Shown: positions 49,944 through 61,167 of the stretch, piece by piece | Position numbering within the stretch: the first letter of the stretch is position 1 | Layout: every line of letters begins with the position of its first letter | Source of the DNA: Schizochytrium sp. TIO01 | Taxonomy: Eukaryota > Protista > Bigyra: Labyrinthulomycetes | Direction: 5' to 3' | Length of the DNA stretch: 64,000 nt | Assembly (NCBI GenBank): GCA_004764695.1 | Contig: SMSO01000037.1 | Span: forward strand, 3,324,747 to 3,388,746 | The notes under the pieces: generated by a model | The model's input: only the letters and a program-made list of their open reading frames with translations | Told to the model about the DNA's origin: nothing | Databases searched by the model: none | Position numbers and translations under genes: made by a program

Positions 49944-50705
49944 TTTCCTGGGCGTCTAAAGAGATTTGGAGGACGCTATACGATACGTGTGTACGTAGCA
50001 CTTGCACGCTCACGATATAGCTCCGAGTGCTGTTTGCTCCGTTTACTCAATACAGTGAGATGAAGAGAAAGAACAGTGTTTGCTCTGTCCAAAGCACTGA
50101 AAAAAAAACAGCTTCTGCACGCAATATTGGTTTTAGGTGAGCAAGACAAAATCCCGCGCCTCTTCTCTTCACATTTTAATAAGATCATGTGCACAAATAA
50201 AACTATAAGATAGATACTTAAGAGTTATTGATGAGGGATAATGCATGCGCGCCATTAAACGCACATTCTCAAGACTTAAGCTCTGATAAAGGTGTGCAAC
50301 TTAAATTCTCCTTAATGGGTCTAACAAATGGTCTAACGGATTTATGGGCTGTCTTCTCCAAACAGTCCCCTTCTTAAAGAAGCCCGTATTTACAGCGCAC
50401 TACTTATTTTCAACCTTGATCAATCTAAACAGCAGAAGTCTGTCTGCGGCGCAGTTCAAGTGCGCAGCCAAGACCATAACTGGTAACACGTGGCTTACCT
50501 AGCCCAAGCGTGGAGCACACGGGTCAAAGGGACCTTCCTTGCTGGAGAATAGGGTGCATCTTCAAGTCGAGAGGCACTGAGAGTTCCACTCCATTAAAAG
50601 CTGTACAAGAGGTCGCGTTATAAGTTGCATGCATAACAACACTGCCATTCTTCTTATCGATTTGCTGTTACTCTTTGCTTTTGTGATTGCCCTAAGGGAA
50701 GCACC

Positions 50706-51137
50706 ATGGCTGACAATGGAGGACCTCTGGGACCACGCGCCACAGTGTTGGCGCCAACAAGCGTTGATCCGGCTCATCCGCCGCAGAACATTCTGGACGA
50801 AGATGACCGATCTTTTTGGATGACCACTGGCCTGTTTCCCCAGGAGGTGATTATTCGCCTCGATGATGTTTCAACAATTCAGCGCATTGGATTGCGTACA
50901 ACAAACGTGCAAAAAGTCGCGATTTTGGCCTCCACAGAGTCTTCCTCGTTACACGATTCCGCTTCGCCAACAGAGTGGGAGACAATTGGGGAGGCAAGCA
51001 TTGGGGATACCGACGGTCGCTTGCAGATTGAAACAATCACTGTAGAGCGCCCAGCAAAAGATGTCAGTCATATCAAGATACAACTTCTGAAAGGTTGGGA
51101 TGATTTCTGCGCAGTCCACAGTGTTGAACTGGACTAA
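50706..51137 (+). CDS. IFT25: Intraflagellar transport protein 25 (HSPB11)
   Basis: TSVDPAHPPQNILD...FWMTTGLFPQEVII...DGRLQIE...HIKIQLLKGWDDFCAVHSV. Confidence 0.92.
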   Translation: MADNGGPLGPRATVLAPTSVDPAHPPQNILDEDDRSFWMTTGLFPQEVIIRLDDVSTIQRIGLRTTNVQKVAILASTESSSLHDSASPTEWETIGEASIGDTDGRLQIETITVERPAKDVSHIKIQLLKGWDDFCAVHSVELD

Positions 51138-51440
51138 TCTCTTTATCTGTAGATCATATTCCTCTTTAGCTATCTTGATTATTCCTCTTTTCTTTGCAGA
51201 ACAAATTAATAAATTGCAATCTTACGATCGATTATGCGTGCGAAAAAATACAAAGAAGAAGACGCCTTCTCTGTGTTTCCGTATTGATAACAATCTCTTG
51301 TCCGTAGATCTTATTCTTCTTTAGCGATTTTGATCGTTCCTCTTATCTTTGTAGAAAAAATTAACCAATTACAATCTTACGAGAGATTTGTTGTGTGAGA
51401 AAATGCAAAGAACACGAGGCTTCCTCTGTGTTCCTGTGTC
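51136..51440. repeat. Diverged ~155-bp tandem duplication directly after the IFT25 stop
   Basis: gtagatcatattcctctttagc...aattgcaatcttacga...caaagaa...ctctgtgtt (from 51149) matches gtagatcttattcttctttagc...aattacaatcttacga...caaagaa...ctctgtgtt (from 51304). Confidence 0.8.
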
Positions 51441-51807
51441 TTTTGTACCCGCATGAAGCAGGGATATCCATTATACCAACTATCTCACTTCATCTACAAT
51501 AGATCCGTTTTTCTTTCTAGTTATAATTTAGACTTGAAGAGAGACTGTGAGAACTATCGACTTAGAGTTGGAAGGTTGAACCAAACGTCTACAAGACTTG
51601 AAAAAAAAAAAAAAAGGAAATAGAAAAATCAAGAGAGAATGTTTCTCACTTGATCGAGTATGGTCTTCCAAGAGCAACCAACATAAACCAATTCCTTGAG
51701 GATGCTGATGTATTATTGTGCAGTTGTTAAAATAAGAACTCGTTGGTTTCTAGTTAAATAAACCCAAATTCGATTCTTCGTGAGGACGAACCTCACTTCA
51801 TAATACT

Positions 51808-52836
51808 ATGCACCGTCGCGGGGAGCGACAGCTCGTGGGTAAACACAACCTTCCGTCTCTCCATGCCATAGATGACGGGAGACTACCGAGTACTACCTCA
51901 AGCTCACCTGCTGTACCAGAAGTTATTCATGATTCCTCAGCAGCACCTGCAATATCTAGAAGGCACCATGTTTTAAAACCTTCAACTGCTTTTCCAGTTT
52001 ACGCGAAAAGAAACACCTCAGTACGCTTCTGCCGTGGGCGTAAAATTATTACTCCTAATGTGACCAAATCCAAAATCACAAAAGAGTATGACAGCCAGGA
52101 ATGTGGCGTGGTATCAAATGATCCCAAGCCTCAAGTCGAAGTTCCTTCGTTAAATTTACATCTTCTGTACCGAAATGTTCATGCTATCGAAAGTGGACGT
52201 GTCGAAATAGATGAGGAGCTTATTAGACTCAATATTAACCAACGCCAAGATCAACAAGAACAACACCAGATCGAGATTAATGCACAGCAACAGCTCGATG
52301 TCAAATTCTTGAGCCAAGCAAAAACTACTGGAAGTCTGCGGCATCGGGCAGAGAGTGCACGTGAAAATTTCCAGTATCCCAAACACTTATTGCAGCCTAG
52401 TACAACATTTCGCCGCCTTGAAAGAAAGGCACCACCGGAGACTCTCTCTGCTCGAATTTTAGAGGAAGTGAAATATGTCCCCGCGAGAGACAATTCGGCT
52501 GTAGCTCGGCAAAGATGCCTAGCACAACATTATAAGACTATAACATGGATGCGTGCAGAGCATCCAAATTGGGACACTGCATCTAATGATGCACGGTGGG
52601 AGACTGCAAAAATGTGGAACTTGCATGAGCACAAACCAACGCGACCAAATCCATATCTCTGGTCGAAGGAGCACCGGGCGCGTGTCATGACCTGTCGGGA
52701 CCAGGTTGCTAGAGTTGAACAATATGCGAAACACGTTCAACAGCATCAACAAGAATGTGAGGATGCAAGGCTAGCACGCAAACGTGTTCAACGGCAAGCA
52801 TATGATTTGAAAATGCTTGCTCGCAATTCTAGATAG
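51808..52836 (+). CDS. Hypothetical basic protein with C-terminal coiled coil
   Basis: 342 aa ORF with no competing long ORF. It ends 68 bp from the convergent neighbour. Confidence 0.7.
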   Translation: MHRRGERQLVGKHNLPSLHAIDDGRLPSTTSSSPAVPEVIHDSSAAPAISRRHHVLKPSTAFPVYAKRNTSVRFCRGRKIITPNVTKSKITKEYDSQECGVVSNDPKPQVEVPSLNLHLLYRNVHAIESGRVEIDEELIRLNINQRQDQQEQHQIEINAQQQLDVKFLSQAKTTGSLRHRAESARENFQYPKHLLQPSTTFRRLERKAPPETLSARILEEVKYVPARDNSAVARQRCLAQHYKTITWMRAEHPNWDTASNDARWETAKMWNLHEHKPTRPNPYLWSKEHRARVMTCRDQVARVEQYAKHVQQHQQECEDARLARKRVQRQAYDLKMLARNSR

Positions 52837-52904
52837 GAATTTTATTTTTAGTATCATTCGAATATCACTATAACTTCTAAAGGGAATAAGACTGTTATAA
52901 CATT

Positions 52905-54898
52905 TTATAGACTCTCAGAATTGACAGTCAATTTTTTCGGTTTGCTTTTACAACACATAAAAGCAAGTGTAGCAATTGCAAATAGTGCTATAATAACAAT
53001 GCATACAATCATAAATGGCACCGCAGCGTCACTTGGGATATAGTATTCTTCCAAACGCTTGATGCCAAGAATGACATTGACCAATGCAAGAATAATGACG
53101 ATTCTGCCAATACTATGATGCACAAGTTCCCAAGTCTTTCGATGCGGAGCTTCGTGCTCTGGACGAAGCATTGCAAGAATGCAGTGTAGCACAACTAAGA
53201 GCAGAATTGATAAGCCAAGCTGTCCATGGGAACTGTTGAAATTACTTCCCTTTTTGTATGTGACGATCACAATAAAAGCAATTAATACCAAAGTTAGTGC
53301 AGAAACCACCAGAATCTCGTGGCCCCAAAGCCATATTTTACCGCCCTTTGCCTTGAAAAAAAGAGGCAACATAGTTGCTGCAGGGAAAATAAATATCCAT
53401 GCAACAAACATTAGCAATGCATGAAATGCAAGCTGCCATGGAGCTCCAGAAATCCATTCTCCAAATGATGTGGCAGAAGTCTGCGTAGCTGTACCACAGG
53501 TAAGAGATGCATCGTACTCGAGGGCAAGGGGTGTAGTACTCAGAGTTACGTCATGAACGAGAGCTCTAAGCTCTACGCTTGAAGCAGGGTAATACATGAA
53601 AAGGCCCATGCACATCTCATCGAGGTTGCATCGCCACCGCTTGTGGTAGAACTCCGGCTTTCGGAGTTGTAAACACAATGTACAGTAATTCGATCTCCAA
53701 CGTTGAAATTGAGCTGGTCTTCGATAGACTTGGTTTCTTGCAAATCAAAATCATAGTTTGAATTGCATGATGCTAGATACGCCTCTTTTGCTGTACTAGC
53801 AGGTGTGACTGTGGTCCATATTTTGGTTGCGATCTTATGACCATGTTCCAAAACAGCAAATACATTAATTCCTCCTGATCCAAGAACATTTGGCATAATT
53901 CCAGTAGCTGAGATTTCGTAGTATGTCTGACCAGCAGGGATAGAGATTTCGCTGAATGCTGCGCCCATCCACGCCCAAGCAGCGGCTTGGAACGAGGAGT
54001 CCACATTTGCAGCTAAGGAATAGTATAGTTGCAAGCCTGACGCATCGACAAGATTGGCTTGCGTTTGGGGATTATCGTAATGAATTTCAAGTACTAGAAC
54101 ATGACCTGTGCCATTAAGTCGAAAGCCAACATCTTCCGGTAAGCAAAATTCGTTTCCACCAACAGCCCATGCAAAAACAAGGTTTGCACACCCCGCCATT
54201 GTCCCAGCCTCTCCAGGGGTGGTGAATGCGCTGCGTACTTCATCGTTATCTACGCAATCATACAGGAGCATATGGTGAACGACATCGCGCTGATCAATAA
54301 TCGGTGCAATTCGAGTTACATACGTGATACCGCTTGGAATATTATCTAGTAAGTATTTTGCGTATGTTGTCTCCTTGGATGGCACGGTGTAGCCTGGCAT
54401 TGTTGCGTTGAAGCTTAACGTTCCATTTGGCTCGTCATACGTGTCACAGTACGAGAATGACGAGCGCACTGTACTTGCGAATCCAGGATGCGAGATTCCT
54501 GCCTCGAAAAGGGGAGAGTCTCCAACTTGCCATTCGCAGTACGGGTCACCGAGTTCAACACCGTTCGTAAGGCCATCACCATCACTGTCTTTATTGCATA
54601 GATCTTCAGTCCATTGGTATCCTGCTGACTTGAAGTCTTCACCAAATGGGTTCAAGCTGCCGCCTCCTTGAGCCCGCATGTGGCCAACGCCAGGCCAGGC
54701 GGACCCATCGTCAATGGAAACTTTCTTTCCATTAGGAATGCGATCTTGGTATTCCTCGCGCGCGACGCCTGGGACTGGGAGTGCTACCAGAACTGCTATT
54801 AATGCAAGTGCTACTCTTGCAGGACTGCTTTGGTTGTGCCCAAACGGTGTTGACAACCCAAGTTTACTCGTCTTTGTCGGCGCACTGCTTGGAGACAT
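52905..54898 (-). CDS. Temptin-like + copper type II monooxygenase (DBH/MOXD1-like) + cytochrome b561 fusion, copy A (copper ligands intact; 1-nt frameshift at ~53624)
   Basis: Signal-like VALALIAVLVALPVPGVA. Temptin-like YQDRIPNG..WPGVGH..NPFGEDF..WTEDLCNKDSDGDGLTNGVELGDPYCEW. Copper motifs VVHHMLLY, LEIHYDNP, EHGH, NYDFDLQ, and (in the next frame) DEMC. b561 His in AFHALLM, WGHE, SSHGQLG, VHHSIGR. Joins ORFs 53573..54928 and 52905..53678. Confidence 0.88.
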
Positions 54899-55834
54899 GT
54901 TTTCAGCTAAAGCAGCTCGTCCGTTCACTTAGCCCCAGAGCTCCACGTCAAAGTGAGCTGTACACGCTTGCCTCCACCGAGACTTTCGCAGCTCAGCAGA
55001 ACTGGAGTTTGGTGATTGCTGCCATCCCAAACCCAGCTTGAGATGCATCCCATAGGCGATGCACGCGGACATGTGCAGGGCTCCAACATGGGACTTCGAA
55101 TTCGTGTGCATAGAAAAGATCAGCTGGCTATATAAAAGAAAAACGATCCGTGGAGCATCAGTACTATATTACGGAGGCTGTTTTTTTGTTCGGATAACCT
55201 CCTGGAGTCACTAAGGCAAAGTTACAGAACCTTCCTTTCACAAGTTTGGATGATTCCATTTATTGGCAAGTTTTCTTTTTAACTTTTGGATAACAAAACT
55301 GTAATTAAAATTTATTTTCCAGGAATAAAATGAACTTCTTCTCGTTCATTCTTTTCCATTTAAAAAACAAAAATCTATTTACTTTCTTTGGAAAGGCTTG
55401 AGAATGGAAAGTATGATGTATAAGTCGATTGGTGAGCCAGTGCTACGCTACTTTGTAAGGAGGCCACTCGCAGAGAGACATGCTTGCGTGTACCAAGAGA
55501 CAAACTGGAAATGCTTCAAACTTACGATAGGCTTGCACACACATACCTCCACCAGAATCTGAGATGGTGTTTGCAAACGTGTGGTTGGTGAATGAACGAA
55601 GAAAGCAAGAGGAGAACTCTGTGAATATTATTACTTCGAAACCTACGTTAACTTTGTAAGAATCATTCGACAGGACTAAGGCCATGTAAAGTAGGCCGAT
55701 TTTTATAGAAAGACAGGACTTGAGCGCACGCTCTGGTTTGTTAAAACATATGGCGACAGTGATGACATTGACGACCAGACAGTCGTTTGCTTGTTGGAGA
55801 TGCCTGTTAATCACTCACGCCTATGATTTGGCTA

Positions 55835-57808
55835 TTAGGTGTGGCTAATCTCGGATTTGCTGATATGATCGCCAGCGGGAACTTGTTTAGAATCATCAGA
55901 GCCCCCCTTGGCCTTTGTCCAGATTCGCTTGCCCAGTGCCCCCAAAGAAATAACAACAGCAAGCGCAGCGATGACGATACATGCAATTTCAAAGGAATCG
56001 GCCGAATCACTGGGCATGTAGAAGAGCTCGTATTCGTCAATGCCAAACACCACGGCAACTGGGCCAAGAATCAACAACAAACGACCGAGAAGGTGATGGG
56101 TCCATTCCCAAGCATCGCGATAGTTATCACCAGGATGCGGACGAAAGAAAGCGAGAATAATGTGAATAAGAACAAGAATAACAACCACAAGACCTAGTAC
56201 TCCATGCGTGGTCTCAAAATTTGCACCAGCTTTGTACGATACAATAACAAAGAACGCGATTAAAGTCAAGACAATTGCCAAAAGAGCAATATACTGATGA
56301 CTGATAAACCACGTTTTCCCTTTGAAACGCTTGAGAAACACTGGCATGAGTGTAGCACCAGGCACAAGCAGGATCCATGCCACAAACATCATGATTGCGT
56401 GCAGACCTAGTTGCCAAGGAGCATCGGAAATCCAGGAGCTGAAGCTTGGAGAGGTGAGTTCACCGCTTCCGCATGAGAGCTCAGAATCATAGCTTAACTC
56501 TACAGTTCCAGACGCAGTCTCAATATCACTTGAAGTAATTTGTAAAGCTGACCCTGTACTTGGGTAGTACAAGAACATACCAATACACAGCTCGTTGGAG
56601 CTTCCCTCGCCGCCCAGGGTTGCAGAGCTTTCGCTAGCAGAGTTATACTGACAATGAAGATTAAGTCGGTCACCAGCTTCAAGGGTAATGTCGCTTTCCA
56701 CCTCCTCAGTTTGTAGAAGGTACGCAACGTAGTTGGACGAGCAGGATGCTAAGATAGAATCGGAAGATGAGTTTGCAGGTGTCACACTAGTCCATATGTT
56801 TGTGGCCAAAGAATTGGCATTGTTCATGACAGCAATCACTTGGACACCCGAATCTGGAATAGAGTTGGGGAGTATCTCTGAAACTGCAACTTCATATACC
56901 GATGTCTTTGCTGGAATTGAAAGAGCACTTTCGTCTACAGCAAGGTATCCCCAAGCTGCTGCTTGAAAAGAACTGTCAACATCGCTAGACTGGGAATAGT
57001 ATACTCGCAGACCAGATGTATCTGCCTTACTAGATGATCCCACTGTGTTATCGTAGTCGATTTCGAGAACGAAGATGTGTCCAGTGCCATTGAACTCTAA
57101 ACCAACATCGGATGGCATACAGAAGCTGGCGCTGCCGACAGCCCATGAGTAGATGAGTTCTGTGCTTCCACAGCCCTCAAGGGTATCTACTTGCGCGGGT
57201 GAAGACAGAGCGGTTCGGATAGCGGCGGTATCCTCGCAGTCATAAATCCGCATGCTCTGCACGATATCAGTTTCGTCCACCAAGGCAGAAATTCGAGTGA
57301 TATAGTTTGTACCTGATGGCAACTCATCGAACAGGTATCGGATGCTCGGCGACGCGCCCTTGGACACTGTAAAGCTTGGCATGGTCACATTCAGAAGCAG
57401 GGTTCCCGAGGGCTCCTCATAAGAATCGCAGTACGAAGATGTTGCGGTGAAGGAGTTTGCTACTCCAGGATTTGTAATCCCACTCGAATAGAGAGGTGTG
57501 TCGCCTTCACTCCACTCGCAGTACGGGTCGCCAAGCTCTACTCCGTTGCTGAGTCCATCGCCATCACTGTCCATCTCACAGAGTCGCTGAGTCCACCTTC
57601 TGCCGGCATGTTCAAAATCATCGCCAAAAGGATTGCGTTCCTCCCCTCCAAGCGCGTTGACATGTCCTACAGCAGGCCATGCGCTACCATCTGGAGCTCG
57701 CACATGCCTACCATTCGGTATGTTCTCAAGGAACTCTGGTTTTGCCAGCGTAAGGACTGGCCCAGATACAGCAGCGATCAAAGCCCAAACCACCTCAATC
57801 GATTTCAT
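55835..57808 (-). CDS. Temptin-like + inactive Cu-monooxygenase-like + cytochrome b561 fusion, copy B
   Basis: Colinear with copy A. Start MKSIEVVWALIAAV (57808). Copper positions read VQSM, EIDY, NNAN, NELC. b561 His retained (GLHAIMM, ISHQ, TTHGVLG, THHLLGR). Confidence 0.9.
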   Translation of the reverse strand: MKSIEVVWALIAAVSGPVLTLAKPEFLENIPNGRHVRAPDGSAWPAVGHVNALGGEERNPFGDDFEHAGRRWTQRLCEMDSDGDGLSNGVELGDPYCEWSEGDTPLYSSGITNPGVANSFTATSSYCDSYEEPSGTLLLNVTMPSFTVSKGASPSIRYLFDELPSGTNYITRISALVDETDIVQSMRIYDCEDTAAIRTALSSPAQVDTLEGCGSTELIYSWAVGSASFCMPSDVGLEFNGTGHIFVLEIDYDNTVGSSSKADTSGLRVYYSQSSDVDSSFQAAAWGYLAVDESALSIPAKTSVYEVAVSEILPNSIPDSGVQVIAVMNNANSLATNIWTSVTPANSSSDSILASCSSNYVAYLLQTEEVESDITLEAGDRLNLHCQYNSASESSATLGGEGSSNELCIGMFLYYPSTGSALQITSSDIETASGTVELSYDSELSCGSGELTSPSFSSWISDAPWQLGLHAIMMFVAWILLVPGATLMPVFLKRFKGKTWFISHQYIALLAIVLTLIAFFVIVSYKAGANFETTHGVLGLVVVILVLIHIILAFFRPHPGDNYRDAWEWTHHLLGRLLLILGPVAVVFGIDEYELFYMPSDSADSFEIACIVIAALAVVISLGALGKRIWTKAKGGSDDSKQVPAGDHISKSEISHT

Positions 57809-58104
57809 TCTCCCAAGGAAACACCTCTGGCGAATTTGCGTGCGCTCCGCCTTCACCAAGGACCCTTTCGCCGGTTCGGCCTTCCTCCTCTTCTCTCTCG
57901 TGTCCAATGTCTAATCTCCGTGCCACGAAATTCGGGTTTCGGGTTTTGCTCTCGATTCAACCTTACGCCAGCGAAGTCCTTGTCCCTCAAAACTCCTGCT
58001 TCCTCCTCGCAAACGAACTTGTATTGTTCACTTGCCTCGACCTTCCTGAAGTATGGTTACCCTCAACCGCCTCGGGTCCCAAGAGTACCGGTGAAATGGC
58101 CGCG

Positions 58105-58197
58105 ACTGCTGCTGCTGCTGTTTTGCCGTTTTGCTGTTTTGCCGTTTTGCTGTTTTGCTGTTTTGCTGGTCCAGCAGGTCCAGCACTTCCAGCAGGT
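58105..58197. repeat. Low-complexity repeats (CTG)n, GTTTTGC(C/T) and TCCAGCA
   Basis: ctgctgctgctgctgttttgccgttttgctgtttt...ccagcaggtccagcac. Confidence 0.75.
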
Positions 58198-58596
58198 GCG
58201 AGGCCTCAACTTCAGGTTCGAGCCTCAGTGCCTCTTCGATTCGGTTTTGTTGATCCGCCTCGACACCAATCTGGACTGCTTTCTTCTCTGCACTTGTGTC
58301 AGGGCTGAATTTGATGAAGCTTGCTTTTAATGCGCATGCACGTATGGAGCGAGCTATCCATGTTTTCAGTACTCGGGTTCGTCCAACTTTTTAACCCCAC
58401 CGCTTCCGTCTCAGACATGCGCTTCTTACGAGTTGGCATCCATCGGCATCTCTTCGCCATTGCAGCAGACAGCCTTGCAATTGAGGGTCTTGAGTTTAGT
58501 TCGAAGCGAGCATTCGCTAAATTCGCCTTCTTCCGCGTCTTTGGTGGTGCTGGAAATCTCTGGATGTGAGGGTGAGTTGTTTTCTACGTACAGTGC

Positions 58597-58690
58597 ATAC
58601 ATACATACATACATACATACATACATACATACACGTACATACACACGTACACGAATGCAAACAAATGAATGCAAATGAATGAATGCAAAT
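58597..58690. repeat. (CATA)n microsatellite plus AATGCAAATG repeats
   Basis: catacatacatac... followed by gaatgcaaatgaat. Confidence 0.85.
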
Positions 58691-61167
58691 GAAGGCAAAC
58701 ACATCTGAGGCTCCTTTCGTCCGTGTCACTCACACTTACGGGCCACTTACGGGCAATTCTATTTGTCCATTAGTTCATTTGTTGTTGTTAGCTATTGCTT
58801 TCTAAAGAAAGTGTAAGTGTTTAATCAAAACCTCATCAGTTCATTCAATGATTTTACCGTAAATGGAACTATCCCAAAGCTCAACTCGACTCGTCCATCG
58901 ACCTTTTGCAAAGACGGTGAATAAAACCGAGTTGGCGAGCCTGATGAGTGATACCTCAGGTTGGAGTTTGCATCGAACGAGCCGAATTGAAATGTGGCCT
59001 CGAACATGTCCCGGCAAACTGGCGTTTATTTGTTTCTCTACTGCAATTCCCAATGTGCGTAGCTAAAGAGAATTTCAGACTTTGCTACTCAAAATCAGAA
59101 AGAATAGTTTATTTCTCTTTCATAAAGATAGACCATCCAGAAATCAAAGGAAGAAGAAGCAGCATTGTACCACCTTGTATTTAGGTATCCATTCATTCAT
59201 TTTATTCATTTTGTTCATTTATTCATTTTGTTCATTTGACGGCATTATTTCCTTTCTCCGGTAAGGGTATTGAAACGATAGTCGCTGCGGGTTTCGCTTC
59301 TGCGCAGAAGGGGCACTCATTGTTAGGGCATTGCCAGTTTACCAAGAAGATCTGATGCCGATATTGATCTTTTGCTTCTCTCCAGGCGATGGACACAAGA
59401 AAGAACCTTTCATGTGTTGATGTGTGGTTTCTGTTTCAGTTAATTTGTTTCTTAATTGGATAGTTTTTTTAATAGTTTTTTTTTTTTTTTAAACTTACAT
59501 TTATTTTTTCCCCATTAATTTATAATTTAAAATAATATTTATTATTAAATAAGACCTTGGCAAGCAAGACATAGGAGGGCCAATCAAGATTGGTTAGACT
59601 GCGCGCTATTCTATAGCAAGAAAGTAAGCACTCGCTTCAGGGAGCCTGTGACTTTTCATTTCCAAGATCAACAATGTTTCGGAGAATTCACTTTCCGGAT
59701 GAATCTACTCTGCCTCTGACCATGCTCGGGATAACTACCTACTTATTAGGATAGTGCTTACATTCAAGTTTGTTTCGATTAGTTTTCTTCTTGAGACAGC
59801 AAAATAAATAAAATAAATAAACAAATAAATAAATACCTCGGAACAGAATCGCCTGCCATTATTTGAAACAGGAGGAATACCTAACATGCAATCAAACAGC
59901 AAACTACTCGGCGCGTGAAGATTGCCATCTCGTACGCATGGGCGGACTTTGGCGGACACGGATTTATTCCACCCACTCAAAAATGCCGTCGTAGGTATCA
60001 AAGGCAGACCTGCCTTCAATTTCATGATTGTAGTTTCGTGCATGTCTATGTACGCCCTTCTATCGTCCTTGTTGCTATAGGTTGCGGGATACCAATGTCA
60101 TCGCCGCGACTTTGATGACGCCGCCTGAATTTCACGGGCTTCACAGTCGTCAACGATCCGCTGTGTGTCCTTATAGCGTGCCCTGGAGGAGATCGTTGGC
60201 GTCGACGAGGGACTCGAAGGACTCCGGCGCACAAGGAGGGCAAACAATGCAAAGGTCACCTGGCTCCAGCAGCTAGCTCCGTTACCAGAAGCTCACCGGC
60301 GCTAAAGGTTTAGGGAGGGGGGACTCGACTCCGCGGAAGCGAGCTGCGCATGGTTCGAGGAGAACACGAAGCTCGAGCTGGCCCGGAGTTGATCGGCATT
60401 CGATGTTCAGGTTTGGCTTTGGTGTTTATGACATACTCGAGAATGCTTCTCATGTGGGTGTGTACCTGGAAGCCCACAATGGGGCTTTGACAGTGAGAGA
60501 CACCGACTTTATCGATTGATGATTCTCTGATAGACTTGCATATTGATGGGCGTGATGCGCTGGCCACGATTCAATCGTAAGACGTACGTTCGATAGTCAG
60601 ACTATGGGTGAGAGAGCTTTTGAGCGTTTTCGAAAGCGGGTTGGGAGTTTGTAGATATCACTCTGAATAATTGTGGTTAGCTTCGCACCTTAGCTTGCGC
60701 TTGCTAAAAATATTTATTCTTTTTATTGTATACACCTATTATTATTTTGAAACAATTAGATGACTTGGTTATGGTGTACTTTAAATGTCGTGTGGTTAGT
60801 TAGATCAACCGAAGATTGGGGATATGTCGCGACAAGCATCAGCAGATTGCCCGTAGTAACCAGCGAAGGTTAAATGCCAACACTGTGCCTCACTCTTTGA
60901 TATTCTTTTCTCTTCGTTTCGCCCGATGCTTCTTTGAGATCTGCACTGAGGCCGAGGCAAGCTTCTCGATTTATGTTCAAGTGTTTCTCAGCGTCAAACC
61001 AAGAAACAAAAGAAATGAAACGCATGTAATTGTCTAAATCAATATTATAGTGCCTTAGCAACAACAAAAAATGTTTGGTATAAAATAAGGAAGTTAACTA
61101 CTACATTATCTTTTCAAGAGTCAAAGAACTACCATTGCAGAAGACCTGCGCAAGCAACTTGGATGAT

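Noticed and set aside
57608-58330. 240-aa plus-strand ORF
   Set aside because: It is antisense to the copy B start and passes through low-complexity repeats.
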